A stretch of 64,000 bases of DNA, taken from positions 27,528,001 through 27,592,000 of the forward strand of contig CM069131.1 of assembly GCA_035221665.1 (NCBI GenBank), read 5' to 3'. The translations under genes and the position numbers were made by a program. This document shows positions 49,420 to 61,406 of the stretch, piece after piece. This stretch comes from Okamejei kenojei (Eukaryota). The number at the start of each line of letters is the position of its first letter. Positions within the stretch are counted from its first letter, which is position 1. The notes under the pieces were generated by a model. It saw only the letters and a list, made by a program, of their open reading frames with translations. It had not been told where the DNA came from and did no database searches.

Positions 49420-50160
49420 TGGGGAAGGGCTAGTACTTGAAATTGAAGAATTCAAAGTTCACATTGTTGGGTTGTAGGCTACCCAAGCGGAATAAACAAT
49501 TCTAGTCTTCCAGGTTGTGTGTGGCCTCATTCTGGCCATGGAGGAGGCCCAGGACAGGGAGGTCGGTATGGGAATGGGAAGGGGAGTTAAAGTGGTTAGC
49601 AACCAGGAGATCTAGCAGGCCTTGGTTGTAGAGTGCAAGTGTGCAGTGAAATGGTCGTCTGTACCCTCTAGTTTACGCCTGCCCCACAGATTCTCCATGC
49701 GCACTGATTTCTCCCACTAACCCCTACCACCCTAGTCACCCTGCTCCTATCACTCCATACACTCATCTCCCATCCCTGAGTTCCCCATTTCCATTTTTTT
49801 CTTCCCCCTGTCTCCATCCACCCATATTCCTCCCTCTGGTTTTACAGTTCACTCCTGTTCTTTTTTTCCTTATCTGGCTCCCTTTTGTCTCCTTTTCACT
49901 TCTAGCCTTTGTCACTTACTCCACCCATGTGCCAACCAACACCACCCTCCCTCCACACCCCTTCCACTGTATCCACCAATCAGTTGCCAGGTTTTGCTCC
50001 TCTCCCTTTTCTCTATCTCTTCTCAATTCCATCGGTCTGAAGAAGGATCACGACGCAAAACATCGTCTGTCCATTCCCTCCACAGATACTGCCTACCCTG
50101 TTAAGTTTCTCCAGTGCCTCGTTTTTGCTCCAGATTCCAGCATCTGGACTTTCCTGTCTC
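49420..50160. mobile_element. Penelope-like remnants (minus-strand GIY-YIG end, then plus-strand tail)
   Basis: Similar to 43560-43760. Decayed hammerhead ctgaagaaggatcacgacgcaaaacatc near 50037. Confidence 0.7.
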
Positions 50161-50699
50161 TGGTGTTCAATATAATTGACCATACAGTTCTCAATTCTAA
50201 ACTTAGCTCTAGAATATATGTGATGTTGGTCTCAGAGATGAAACATTGATTAACATTATGCTCCCTCCCTTGTCATCTCCTGTTTCGCAAAGAGCTGAAG
50301 AGGACTATTTCCTTGAAAGCTTGTCTATCTTCAGTGCATGGAAATACTTGATTACACAGTTGGGACTAATTTGAAATATTCATTTTGGATATCATACACA
50401 ATCTCGTAAACGGGCTATAACTTGTCAGCTTCACAAAGGCTGATGAAGCTCAACAGCTGGCAGTAGAAAATGAGTTTTTTTCTATGATGTGCAAAGTGGT
50501 TACAAAGGAAGTGTAATGGTCCACCCCTTCAATCTGATAAGAAGTTTTTAATTGAGGGTTGGAATAAGCTATTTCCAAATTTATAACACCCTTCTATTAA
50601 GATATGCTTTCTGAATAGCCTATATTTAGAGTTTACTTTAGATACAGAATGGAAACAGGCCCTTCAGCCCACTGATTCCATGCTGACCATTGATCACCT

Positions 50700-52000
50700 G
50701 TTCAAGATAGACACAAAATGCTGGAATAACTCAGTGGGACAGGCACCATTTCTGGAGAAAAGGAATGGGTGACGCTTCGGGTTGAGACCCTTCTTCATAC
50801 ATGGAATCAGGGAAGAGGGAGACACTCGGGATATGATGATGAGGATCAAGAAAAATGTAGAGTAGATCATTGTTTGCTAGGGGAAGGTGACAAGGAAGCA
50901 TGCAGAGATAAAATATAATCAGGAGTAATCAGGAGGAGAGTCAGACTGGTCGGAGAACTGGGATGGAGGAGGGATGGAGAGAGATGGAAAGCAAGGGTTA
51001 CTTGAAGTTAGAGAAGCCAATATTCATACCACTGGGTTAAACTGCCCAAGCGAAATATGAGGTGCTGTTCCTCCAATTTGCATTGGGCCTCACTCTAATA
51101 GTGGATGAGACCCAGGACAGAAAGGTCAGTGTGGGAAGTGGAGAAGGAGTTAAAGTGTTTAGCAACTGGGAGATCATGTAGGTTTAGGCAGACTGAGCGG
51201 AGGTGTTCAGCGAAACGATTGCTGACCCTTGCGCTTGGTCTCGCCGATATGTAGGAGTCCACACCTGGAACAGCGGATGCAGTAGGTGAGGTTGGAGGAG
51301 GTGCAAGTGAACCTCTGCCTCACCTGAAAGGACTGTTGGGATCCTTGGATGGAGTCGTGCAGGAATTGTTGCATCTTCTGTGGTTGCAGGGGAAAGTACC
51401 TAGGGAGGGGGTGGTTTGGGTGTGAAGGGATGAGTTAATCAGTGATCTGCGGAGGGAACAGTCTCTGCGGAAATGGATGGGGATGGGAAAATATTGCTAG
51501 TGGCGGAATCCCGTTGGAGGTGGCAAAAATTTCAGAGGATTATGTGTGTGTGCGCGACGGCTGATGGGGTGAAAGGTGAGGACTAGGGGGACTGTCCCTG
51601 TTGCGCCTGGGGGGGAACGGGAGCAAGAGCGGAGTTGCGGGATATTGAGGAGATCCTTGTGAAGATCTCGTCTATGATGGAAGAGGGGAACCTCCCGTTC
51701 CCTGAAGAATGAGAACATCTCAGATGTCCTGGTGTGGAACACTGCATCTTGGGTGCAGATGCAGCATAGACGTAGGAATTGGGAGTAGGGTATAGAGTCT
51801 TTGCAGGAGGCAGGGTGGGGAAAAGTGTAGTCTAGATAGCTGTGGAGTCAGCAGGTATACAAGAGATACCAGTTGATAGTCCATCTCCTGTGATGGAGAC
51901 GGTGAGAGACGGTAGGGAGATGTCGGAGATGGTTGAAATGAATTTGAATGCAGGATGAAAATTAATAATGAAGTTAACGAATTCCGTGAGTTCTGCATGG
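50700..52000 (-). mobile_element. Penelope-like element: RT thumb, linker, GIY-YIG and 3' terminus
   Basis: ORFs 51720..52028 and 51497..51742 (FHTRTSEMFSFF, VPLVLTFHP) and LLHIGETKRK; terminus with a decayed hammerhead at ~50770-50797. Confidence 0.88.
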
Positions 52001-52029
52001 GTGCAAGAGGTAGCCCCGATGTCACCAAA

Positions 52030-52228
52030 CTAGCTCTATTTTATCCCACTTTCTTATCCACTCCCTACACACTAAGAGTAATTTACAGAAGTCAATTAAC
52101 CTACAAACCTGCATGTCTTTGTGATATGTGGGAAAACTGGAGTACTCGGTGGAAATCCACATGGTCACAGGAAGAACATGCAGAGTCCACACAGACAGCA
52201 CCTGAGGACAAGATCGAACCTGGGTCTT
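52030..52228 (-). mobile_element. V-SINE fragment
   Basis: caattaacctacaaacctgcatgtcttt...gatcgaacctgggtc. Confidence 0.75.
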
Positions 52229-52944
52229 TATCCATCATCTATCCATATTCTTGACAGATGCTGCCGGACACACTGAATTACTCCAGCACTTTGCGTCTTC
52301 CCTTCATAAATTGTTATTAGTTTACTAAAACCTGACTAGCCTTTTACAAATCCATGCTGCCTTTCTAGTCTGCTACACAAGTACACAATCACTTTGATCT
52401 TATTTATGACTTTTAGTAAATGCCTGACAGTGATTGATACAGTAACTGATCCTTTGTTTCCCAGTTTCTCTCTCTCAGCTTCGTAATTAAGAGTGATAGG
52501 AAAATATTTTAGAATTTACAAAAAGCTTCCTGAATTAAGAGAACTGGAAAGTGACTGCTCATGTATTTACTCTGTTCTTACCCAATCTTTTATTCTCCCT
52601 GTGATGCAAGGCCACTGGTCCTGTTATTCTCTTCATTACTTTCACCCTGCTTAATTGTTTTTATATCTCTGCATTAAACTCAATATTGTTTTCCTCATAA
52701 TTTTCTGTCATGTTTCTATTACTATAAATCAAGATATTAAAAGATTATTTATTGTATTTACCATTTTATTTATTGTAATGCCACAGTTAGTCATTTTCAA
52801 GAGACCCAGGTTGGTCCTGCCTGCTGTTATGTCGGTTGTCTTTACCCCAAATTAACAGTAAAACATGTATATTAATGATTTGCTTATTCTCCTTTGTAAA
52901 CTTAAGCAAAAATGAGGTACTAATTCAATGATATTTCCCTAAAG

Positions 52945-53030
52945 GTAAAAAAATTACAAGCCTTCAAAGATGATGTGAACAAACTTTCACTGGCAGATTC
53001 CTTCATGGTCCTGTTGATACAAGTCCCAAG
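52945..53030 (+). CDS. FHDC1: FHDC1-family exon C (VKKLQAFKDDVNKLSLADSFMVLLIQVP)
   Basis: tttccctaaag| acceptor, AG|gtaagg donor. 86 nt, phase 0 to 2; KLSLADSF motif. Confidence 0.92.
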
Positions 53031-53118
53031 GTAAGGAAGCAGTGTTATGTACCTTCTTCATATTAATAAAATATACCATTTTTGATCGTTTGTTTTTAAC
53101 AATTTTGTTTGTTTTCAG

Positions 53119-53219
53119 CTATGCTCTTCGGATGGAAGCCATGATTCTTAAAGAAGAGTTTACTCCTGCCTGCTTCACATTACACAAGGAAATGGATACA
53201 ATGCAAACAGCCACTAAAG
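53119..53219 (+). CDS. FHDC1: FHDC1-family exon D (S-YALRMEAMILKEEFTPACFTLHKEMDTMQTATK)
   Basis: gttttcag| acceptor, G|gtaaag donor. 101 nt, phase 2 to 1; partly visible in ORF 53042..53236. Confidence 0.92.
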
Positions 53220-53284
53220 GTAAAGGATATGATTAATTACATAAGTACATGCCAACTTGTGGCTGTAAAATGGCTGTATATTTC

Positions 53285-53895
53285 TGCTGGGTGAACTAAG
53301 AAGAGGATGCAGAGAGGCTGTAGAGGTATATAGACAGGTATGGTGAATTGGCAAAGGACATGGCCCAGGAAAAATAGTCTGGAAAAATGTTAAGTCATGC
53401 ATTTTGATTTTTTAAATGGAAAGGTAAAGTTTTTTTAAGTGGTTAAAAAATGAAAGATGATGGTGTTCAGAGAGTCCTTGGTATTCCTGTATGCAAAGTT
53501 AATGTGCAGCAATTGGGAAGTCAAACAGTATCTTTCTTGGCCGTTGTTGTAATATGATTTGAGTATAATAGAGATATCCAGATCCAATTATATAGAGCAC
53601 TCTTGATAACGCATCTGAAATACACTGTGCAGGTCTAGTCTTCCTATGAGAGGACTGCAGTAAAACTTCACCAGATTTATTCCTGGGGTGACAGGTTTGT
53701 TCAATGTGGAGAATCTTTGAATGTCTTTGCCGTACAGGACAATGGAAGCTCATCTGTTGAGTATATTCAAGGCAGAACAATAGAATTTTAGATATTAAGG
53801 GAATAAAAGGATTTGCAGGAGAATGGCACTGAGAAACAATCAGAAATGATCTTATTGATGGCAGGCTGGGTACTCCTATTTCTAATGTTCTTACA
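53285..53895 (+). mobile_element. Old CR1 remnant
   Basis: Decayed CR1 RT C-terminal and tail similarity (ctcctatttctaatgttctta). Confidence 0.6.
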
Positions 53896-54229
53896 TGGCA
53901 CATTACATTTGCTCCATTGTATGGTAGAGGCCTAGATCCAAATTAGCCTACACATTCAAACTCGTCTTCTTTTCCTGGGCAATATTTCCTGTGGTTATCG
54001 ATTCTGTCTGTGATTCATTGGTTCTCACTAAAACGTGTATGTGAGAGAGGATGTGTACGTATTTGTGTGTGTGACAGAGAGTGAGGGTATGTGTAAGCGT
54101 GTATGTAAGGGTGAATGCATTTCTGAACGATTTCATCACTGAGCTGTGTTGATCACATTGATATTTTAGACAGCTATCAATCACAGTATGACAAAGGTGA
54201 GGATAGCTGTGCAGCACAACCACCTTTAG

Positions 54230-54815
54230 GCATTCATTTTAGTTACAATCACATTAATTCAAACTCACATGGAAACTTTCCACACTTACCCACATCGGTC
54301 TTCCTTCCTATACTCTTCGTGGGACACAGCCCACAGGTACCTAGTCGAAGACTTGAACCTTCGACTGCCCATTGATGGGGGTTCCAAACCTCCTGTCGCA
54401 ATTGCTATTCCCTTTTCTGGTGCTGCAATTGCCCCCTAAGCGACTTATGTGATGGCGTACTTCAACTACTCTACACAGGGAGAAATCTCCGTTCCAGCGA
54501 AAGGTTCAGTCCGATTGCTCAAATATGAGCTGCCACGGACTCGGGACTGACCTGTCGTCGGGACCCAATTTCGGTCTTGCAAATAGTGAAGCTAAAGGTT
54601 AATCTCAACGGAACCTCCAAGAAACTGTGGTCGCCGATCAACTGAACTCTGACAGAATCACACATACATAATGTTCACTTAAGAAAGGTACCACAATGCC
54701 CAAGTATCAAACCCCACAAAGAAATGTAGGGAAGGAAGCTGAACACTGGGTATTTATTCAGGGTTTGGGTCCAAAGTTGTTGAATAAGAAATAAGAAAGA
54801 AATTATTCGCTTGCA
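54230..54815 (-). mobile_element. Putative LTR-retroelement/ERV 5' remnant: partial LTR, PBS(tRNA-Gln) and leader
   Basis: On the minus strand: ATAAATA box at ~54750-54756, ...CCACA, PBS TGGAGGTTCCGTTGAGAT (54602-54619), then donor GG|GTAAGT at ~54284-54291. Confidence 0.55.
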
Positions 54816-54909
54816 AAGTTCTAAATATGATGAGGAATGTCATTTGATGCATTTCCTGGTCTTTTTGTAGCTGCTATTAAACTTTGAACCCTTTATTAAC
54901 ATTTTGCAG

Positions 54910-54980
54910 AACTGATGGCCTGTGAAGAACTTCATGCAGTTTTACATTTGGTTCTGCAGGCGGGCAACATCATGAATGCT
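54910..54980 (+). CDS. FHDC1: FHDC1-family exon E (E-LMACEELHAVLHLVLQAGNIMNA)
   Basis: attttgcag| acceptor, |gtaagt donor. 71 nt; formin GNxMN signature. Confidence 0.95.
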
Positions 54981-55080
54981 GTAAGTGATCTATGCTGCTT
55001 CCTATCCTGTTCATTTTGATACCACAAAGCTTCTGTGTATCTTTCTTCTCCATTGATAGTTTCTTCTCTTTTTTCTCCAG

Positions 55081-55188
55081 GGAGGTTATGCGGGAAATGC
55101 TGTGGGGTTCAAACTATCTTCTTTGTTGAAACTAGCAGACACAAAGGCAAACAAGCCAGGAATGAACTTGCTGCATTTTGTCGTTCTG
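55081..55188 (+). CDS. FHDC1: FHDC1-family exon F ([36 protein letters not shown])
   Basis: Long pyrimidine tract ending in cag, donor CTG|gtttgt. 108 nt; canonical FH2 [14 protein letters not shown]...LLHF motif. Confidence 0.95.
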
Positions 55189-55573
55189 GTTTGTATTTGG
55201 ATATTTTCCCATAGTTTTTCTTCTCAATATTACCTCCCATAAATTATTTTAACGGTCATTTATAGATTTAATTCTAATAGACGAGTGAATAGATTCCTAT
55301 TTTCGTAGATTCATTGTTTTCTGGAATTGGTTCAAGAATAGATAATTTTCCATTAGAAAATAGGAATTACTGAAAATTCGTGGCTGATAGGATGCACTCC
55401 CATCTCCAGATGAATTTATTCACTTTTCTGTCAGCACATATGAATAGCTATTTGCAAATAACAATAGTTCTTTGACTACCATAGAAGATGAAATGTCATT
55501 TTAATTGTGTTCTTTATATTCAACAAATAAAAGGGAACATGCCAGTAACAATGATTGTTTTTATTTCAAACAG

Positions 55574-55644
55574 GAAGCACAAAAAAAGGATGCAACTCTT
55601 TCAACTTTTCCCGAAAAGCTGAAGCATGTTCAGGAGGCAGCCAG
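55574..55644 (+). CDS. FHDC1: FHDC1-family exon G (EAQKKDATLSTFPEKLKHVQEAA-R)
   Basis: aaacag| acceptor, AG|gtaata donor. 71 nt, in frame with exon F. No further exon was found before 64000. Confidence 0.9.
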
Positions 55645-56174
55645 GTAATATAAGAGGGTTCTCTTTATATCATCTCCTTTCTCCCTTCCCCACTTCTCAC
55701 ACACATATACACACCAAAAATAGATGTGGGAAAACAAAGATGGCAGCAGCATTAGGGAATGATCATCAAATTATAAATATGTCCCAAATGTATTCTGAAG
55801 AATCCAGAAAAGTTTTTTTTCTGCAAACAGATTTTGGAAGATACACCTTTGTGTTTTGGTTCAGACACACTATACAGATATTCCCACCTGCAGCTGAGTT
55901 TACTGAAATGTTTGTATTTGTCACATCTTTTTGTTTCCATCACGTACCTGCAGTCTACTATCTAAACATTAGCGTTCCTTAGGTTTGTCATTACCTGAAT
56001 GTTCGTGCTGGAAACTGCAGGTTCAGATCTGAGCAACTTAGTGCAGGATAAACTCTCAGCATTGTCAAAAAATTCACTGTGTGAAGTCTGGCCAAGAAAG
56101 TACATGTTTATTCAATCCCTGATATGTTCACTGAGTCATGAACAAGATGTGTCGAGTCATGAGCAAGAGGGGTT

Positions 56175-56465
56175 AACATAGAATCATAGAAAATAGGTGC
56201 AGGAGTAGGCCCTTCGGCCCTTCGAGCCTGCACCGCCATTCAATATGATCATGGCTGATCATCCAACTCAGTATCCTGTACCTGTCTTCTCTCCATACCC
56301 CCTGAACCCTTTAGCCACAAGGGCCACATCTAACTCCCTCTTAAATATAGCCAATGAACTGGCCTCAACTACCTTCTGTGGCAGAGAATTCCACAGACTC
56401 ATCACTCTCTGCGTGAAAAATGATCTTCTCATCTCGGTCCTAAAAGACTTCCCCCTTATCCTTAC
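56175..56465 (-). mobile_element. CR1 3' end
   Basis: catagaa tail repeats; highly similar to 61407-61674. Confidence 0.9.
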
Positions 56466-57044
56466 ATGCTAGATATTTCAATTTTACAATGCTGAGATGT
56501 GCATTTCGATTCCAGAATCATAACTTTTATTTTATACTAGACCAAGTGGCACCCCAACTCAGGGGGTGGGTGACATGGTGTCTCAGGGGAGACCTATGTA
56601 GACTCCCGATCCACAACATTGTGGTTGACTCCTCACCGCCCTTGTGCTGTAAAAACAGAGTTAACTGCACTAGCCAAATCCTAAAGGATCTACCTACCTG
56701 TTTGGATCTGTGGAGGTAGTCAGCAAAGTAACACATGTGATAATCCTACTTGATTTTGTTCTCATCAATCTACCGCTGGCGGGAGCATCTGTGTACCATG
56801 GCAGGAAAGGCCATTGCATAGGTGTTGTCGAGACTAAGTCCCATTTTCAAACTGAGGACATCCCCATTGTATTAGGTGGCATTGTAATAATGCCAAATGG
56901 GGTAGACACAGAATAGATTTGTCAACTTAAAAGTGGGCATCCATGAGATATTGTGGGCCATCAGCATCAAAATCTAACTTGAAAAGCAGAAAATGCAAAG
57001 CAGGTCAGGTAACATTAATGTTCCACAGGTAACATTAGTGGAAG

Positions 57045-58230
57045 GAGTGCGAGGTGTTGCATTTTGGGAAGTCAAACCATGTCAGGACCTTCACAGTGAA
57101 TGGCAGGGCCTTGGGAGTGTTCTAGAGCAGAGGGAACTAAGAGTGCAGGTACATAGTTCTCTGAAGGTGGTGTCACATGTAGATAGGATGATGAAGAAGA
57201 CTTTTGGTATGTTCGTTAGTCTAGGTAATTAGCATAGAAGTTAGGATGTTATGTTACAATTGTATAAGACATTGGAGAGGCCACATTTTGAATATTGTGT
57301 TCAGTTTTGGTTATCCTGTTAATTTTTTTAGTTTAGTTTAGAGATACAGCATGGAAACAGGCCCTTTGGCCCACCGAGTCCGCGCCGACCAGCGATCCCC
57401 GCGCATTAATACTATCCTACACCCATTAGGGACAATTTTTACATTTACCATGTCAATTAACCTACAAACCTATACGTCTTTGGAGTGTGGGAAGAAACCG
57501 AAGATCTCGGAGAAAACCCACGCAGGTCACGGGGAGAATGTACAAACTCCGTACAGACAGCACCCGTAGTCGCTATAATCACAATCACAATAATACTTTA
57601 TTAGCCAAGCCTGTTTTGCAACATACGAGGAATTTCATTTGCCAAGTCAGTCATACAAATAAAAAGCAACGGAACACACAAAATACATTTTAACATAAAC
57701 ATCCACCACAGTGACTCCTCTACATTCCTCACTGTGATGGAAGGCAAAAAAAGGCAGCAACTCTACCACTGCACCACCGTGACCGCGATAGGAAGGATAT
57801 CGTTAAATTTGAAAGATTGCAGAGAAAATGTACAAGGATTTTGCCAGGACGTGAGGGCCTGAGCTTTAGGGAAGATGTTGGGCAGGCTAGAACTTGATTC
57901 CTTAGAGCACAGGAGGCTGAGGAGTGATCGTATAGTGATGTATAGAACCATTAGGGGAAGAGATAGAGTGAATGTACAGAATATTTTACTCAGAGTAGGG
58001 GAATCAAGAACCAGAAGACATCGGTTTAAGGTGAAAGTGGAAAGATTTAAAAGGAACCTGAAGGGCAATTTTATTGCTCAGAGGGTGGTGGGTATATGGA
58101 ACAAGCTGCCAGAGGAGGTAATTGGGGCAGGTACTATAACAACATTTAGAAAATATTCAGAGGTATATTGACCAAATTGGCAGGTGGGACTGACAGAGAT
58201 CGGGCATCTTCTGCAGCATGGGTAAGTTAA
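57045..58230 (+). mobile_element. CR1 fragment containing a nested V-SINE (~57325-57785, -), which contains hairpin-retroposon copy 4 (57575-57752, -)
   Basis: CR1 is collinear on either side (ggttatcctg|...gataggaaggatatc; ORF 57875..58171). Copy 4 matches 11045-11215. Confidence 0.8.
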
Positions 58231-58852
58231 TTGTAACTCTAAAAACCAAATTAACATTTCAGTTACTTCAAGGTTTCAAAGAGGGCAAGGGAGGGATTTA
58301 GAGGTCAAAGTGAGGGCAGGGATTCTGTGGGGATAAAGGCAGCAGATGATAGATTAGTGAAGGAAGACAAGAGAGAGCACACAAATAAAGGAACATAAAA
58401 AGCCTATATGCAGAGCTGTAGAAAATGCCCAGCAGGTGCGCACATCTGATGAAGAAAGATAAACAGTTCCAATATTACAGATGGATGATCTGGCCAGTTC
58501 CGATACAAACAAAGAAATCATGCTAGCTGAAGCTGTTGAATTTGATATTGATTCCGGAAGGTTGCAACGTGCCCAGATGGAAGTTGAGATACTGTTCTGG
58601 AAGCGAATATTGGACCTCCTTCTGACAATGTGGAAGGCAACAGACCAGCAGGTCATAATTGGAATAGGATGGAGAATTAAAGTGACAGGCAACAGCAAGC
58701 TCAAGGTCATGCCTGCAAACTTAGTATGAGTGCTCCACAAAGTCTCCAAACCTGCATCTGGTTTCACCAATGTGGAGCAGACCACATTGTGAATACCAAC
58801 AGCAGCATGCAAAATGTAGGAAGTGCATTCTCTTGGAAGGACTGCCTCTCTT

Positions 58853-59447
58853 TGTATTTATTTATTTTTTAATATATATTTTTTAAACACAAAAATAAAG
58901 AGACACAAAGAAAAGGAAAAAACAAAACCCCCCAATTAATAATAATAAAATAAGAATAAAAATAAAATAAATCAATAAAAACTAAGCAAAGCAAAACAGA
59001 ATCTGAACTAAAAGTTTCAACAATTTAAGTCTGTTTGTCGTCAAGTCCGTTCCACCATTTAGAGGTAATATAGTTTTTGTGACGGTTAAAGAGGGAGCAA
59101 TTTATATTGTATGAAAGTGTTCAATAAATGTTCCCCAAGTTTTATCAAATTTAACCAAGGGTTCAACAATGTCACTCCTAATTTTTTTTAAATTTAAACA
59201 TGATATCGTTTCAGAATACCACTGGAGTGTGGTCGGAGGGTTGGAGTCTTTCCATTCAAATAAAATAGATCTTCTGGCGATTAATGTGGTAAAAGCAATC
59301 AGCTGATGGGCGGAGCGGGACAAATGAATAGAATCTAACATTGGTAGCCCAAAAATTGCAGTAATAGGATGAGGTTGTAAATCAATACCTAAGACTACAG
59401 AAATAGTATCAATGTCTTTCCAATATTTTTCCAAAAGTGGGCAGGAC
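58853..59447 (-). mobile_element. 5'-truncated L1-clade LINE inside an old Penelope remnant
   Basis: ORF2 C-terminal peptide YWKDI...AFTTLIARRSILFEWKDSNPPT...W, A-rich tail, 11-bp TSD ctgcctctctt (58842-58852, 59448-59458). Confidence 0.85.
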
Positions 59448-60049
59448 CTGCCTCTCTTGAAAGGACTGTTGGTGTTCTTGAATGGTAGGAATGGAACTGG
59501 CAAAAGGAGTAGTGCTGCTCCTCATGCAGTTTCCTAGTTCTGCCAAAGGGACTTTGACCCAGACGGTTACCTACCTTTTTCTTTCTGCAGATTAACCCAT
59601 AACATGTAATTTTCATTTAACCATCTCTTTATTTATGTTTACTAATGTGTTGTAAGTGGATAATATCCTAAAAATGAAGATCACAAAAATGTTAGAAACA
59701 TAGAAACATAGAAAATAGGTGCAGGAGTAGGCCATACGGCCCTTCGAGCTGCACCGCCATTCAATATGATCATGGCTGATCATCCAACTCAGTATCCTGT
59801 TAGATTTTCCTTCTTTTTATACTGTAATGCATCCTGAGTTTATAATCAACCATTGTTTAGGATCCACACTGGGGCTGCAAAACCAAAAATGGAAACAAGT
59901 TAGTATCCTTGCAAGGAAAGCTGGTCATAGTAAAACCTTGTCTACAAGGACTGGTGACTAATTAGCTAAAAGTATTGGCAATATTAATTTGCCAAAAATT
60001 AAATAAACTAAAACTGCATCAAAATTAGGCTTGGAAACTTGCTGGAAGT

Positions 60050-60326
60050 ATAAGGGGTAGGCCATTTAGGACTGAGATGAGGAAAAACGTCTTCACCCAG
60101 AGAGTTGTGAATCTGTGGAATTCTCTGCCACAGAAGGTAGTGGAGGCCAATTCACTGGATGTTTTCAAGAGAGAGTTAGATTTAGCTCTTAGGGCTAAAG
60201 GATATGGGGGAAAAAGCAGGAACGGGGTATTGATTTTAGATGATCAGCCATGATCATATTGAATGGCGGTGCTGGTTCGAAGGACCGAATGGCCTACTCC
60301 TGCACCTATTGTTCTATGTTTCTATG
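60050..60326 (+). mobile_element. CR1 3' end
   Basis: Ends (TTCTATGT)2; inverted tail copy at 59692-59800. Confidence 0.85.
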
Positions 60327-61406
60327 CTGTGTGACATGCTGAGGGTTTCCTGTATTTTCTGTTTATCTTTCATATTTCCAGCATCTGCAATTTTTTTTTT
60401 GTTTTCATGATCCATATCCTCATTTAGGGCAAAACAGTTCACTTGGTTGTGGGGAGGAGTGGGTAGAAAGCTAGAAGAGAGGAGGGGCTGGACAATATGT
60501 GGCAGGTAATAAATAGGTGATCACAGACAAGGGGGGGGTTTGATAGGCAGATGGTTTGAGAAATGCAAGAGATCTGCCTATCATCCCCTCATGTCTGTGT
60601 TCACCTATTACCTGCCACACTTTGTCCTACCCTTCCTCTCTTCCAGCTTTCTCTCTCCCCTCCTACTATCAGTCTGAAGAAGGATCCTGACCCGAAATGC
60701 CACTTGTCCATTTTCTCCAGGGAGGCTGCTGAGTTACACCTGCACTTTGTGGGTTTTTTAGAAACAAGGAAGCATCTGCAGTTCCTTGTTTCTATCACCT
60801 GGAGGTTCCTCTCCAAAGTGCACATCATTCTGACATGGGAATATATCACTGCTCTTATACCAAAGTCTAAAGCTTAGGCCTTACAACATAACCCTTTGCA
60901 GCATGATGGCACCAGTTCACAAAGGCAACTCATGTTCCAAAACATAAATTTTAAAAAACTGGACAACCAAAAATAAGATAGACCATAGAAATGAAAACCA
61001 TTATTTGGCTGATAAATAATATTCTTGAGTAAATTTGACTAAGAATTAAATAGTGGGAAATTAAGATTTTATCATTGTCAAAAAGGTGAATATGCTTGGT
61101 AACGTCATATGCGCATTACATTTCAGAAAGTATGGCACATATGCCTGGAATCAATAGAAACATAGAGGTTTCAATCTAATATTCTTCCCATAATTGTGAT
61201 GTTTCTATTTTCCAGCCTGCTTTGACATTTAACCAAACAATATTTCCAGAGTCCATTAATTTCAGGATAACTAATTTCATTTACTACAGTATGCTTTAAA
61301 TTATATAAGCACTTAATAGTATGTCAAATGTCCTCATAATGTGTGATCCATTGATCTGTGTAGTCATTAGGAAGAAGGTTAAAAAAAAAGAAAGACCGGA
61401 GGTGTT

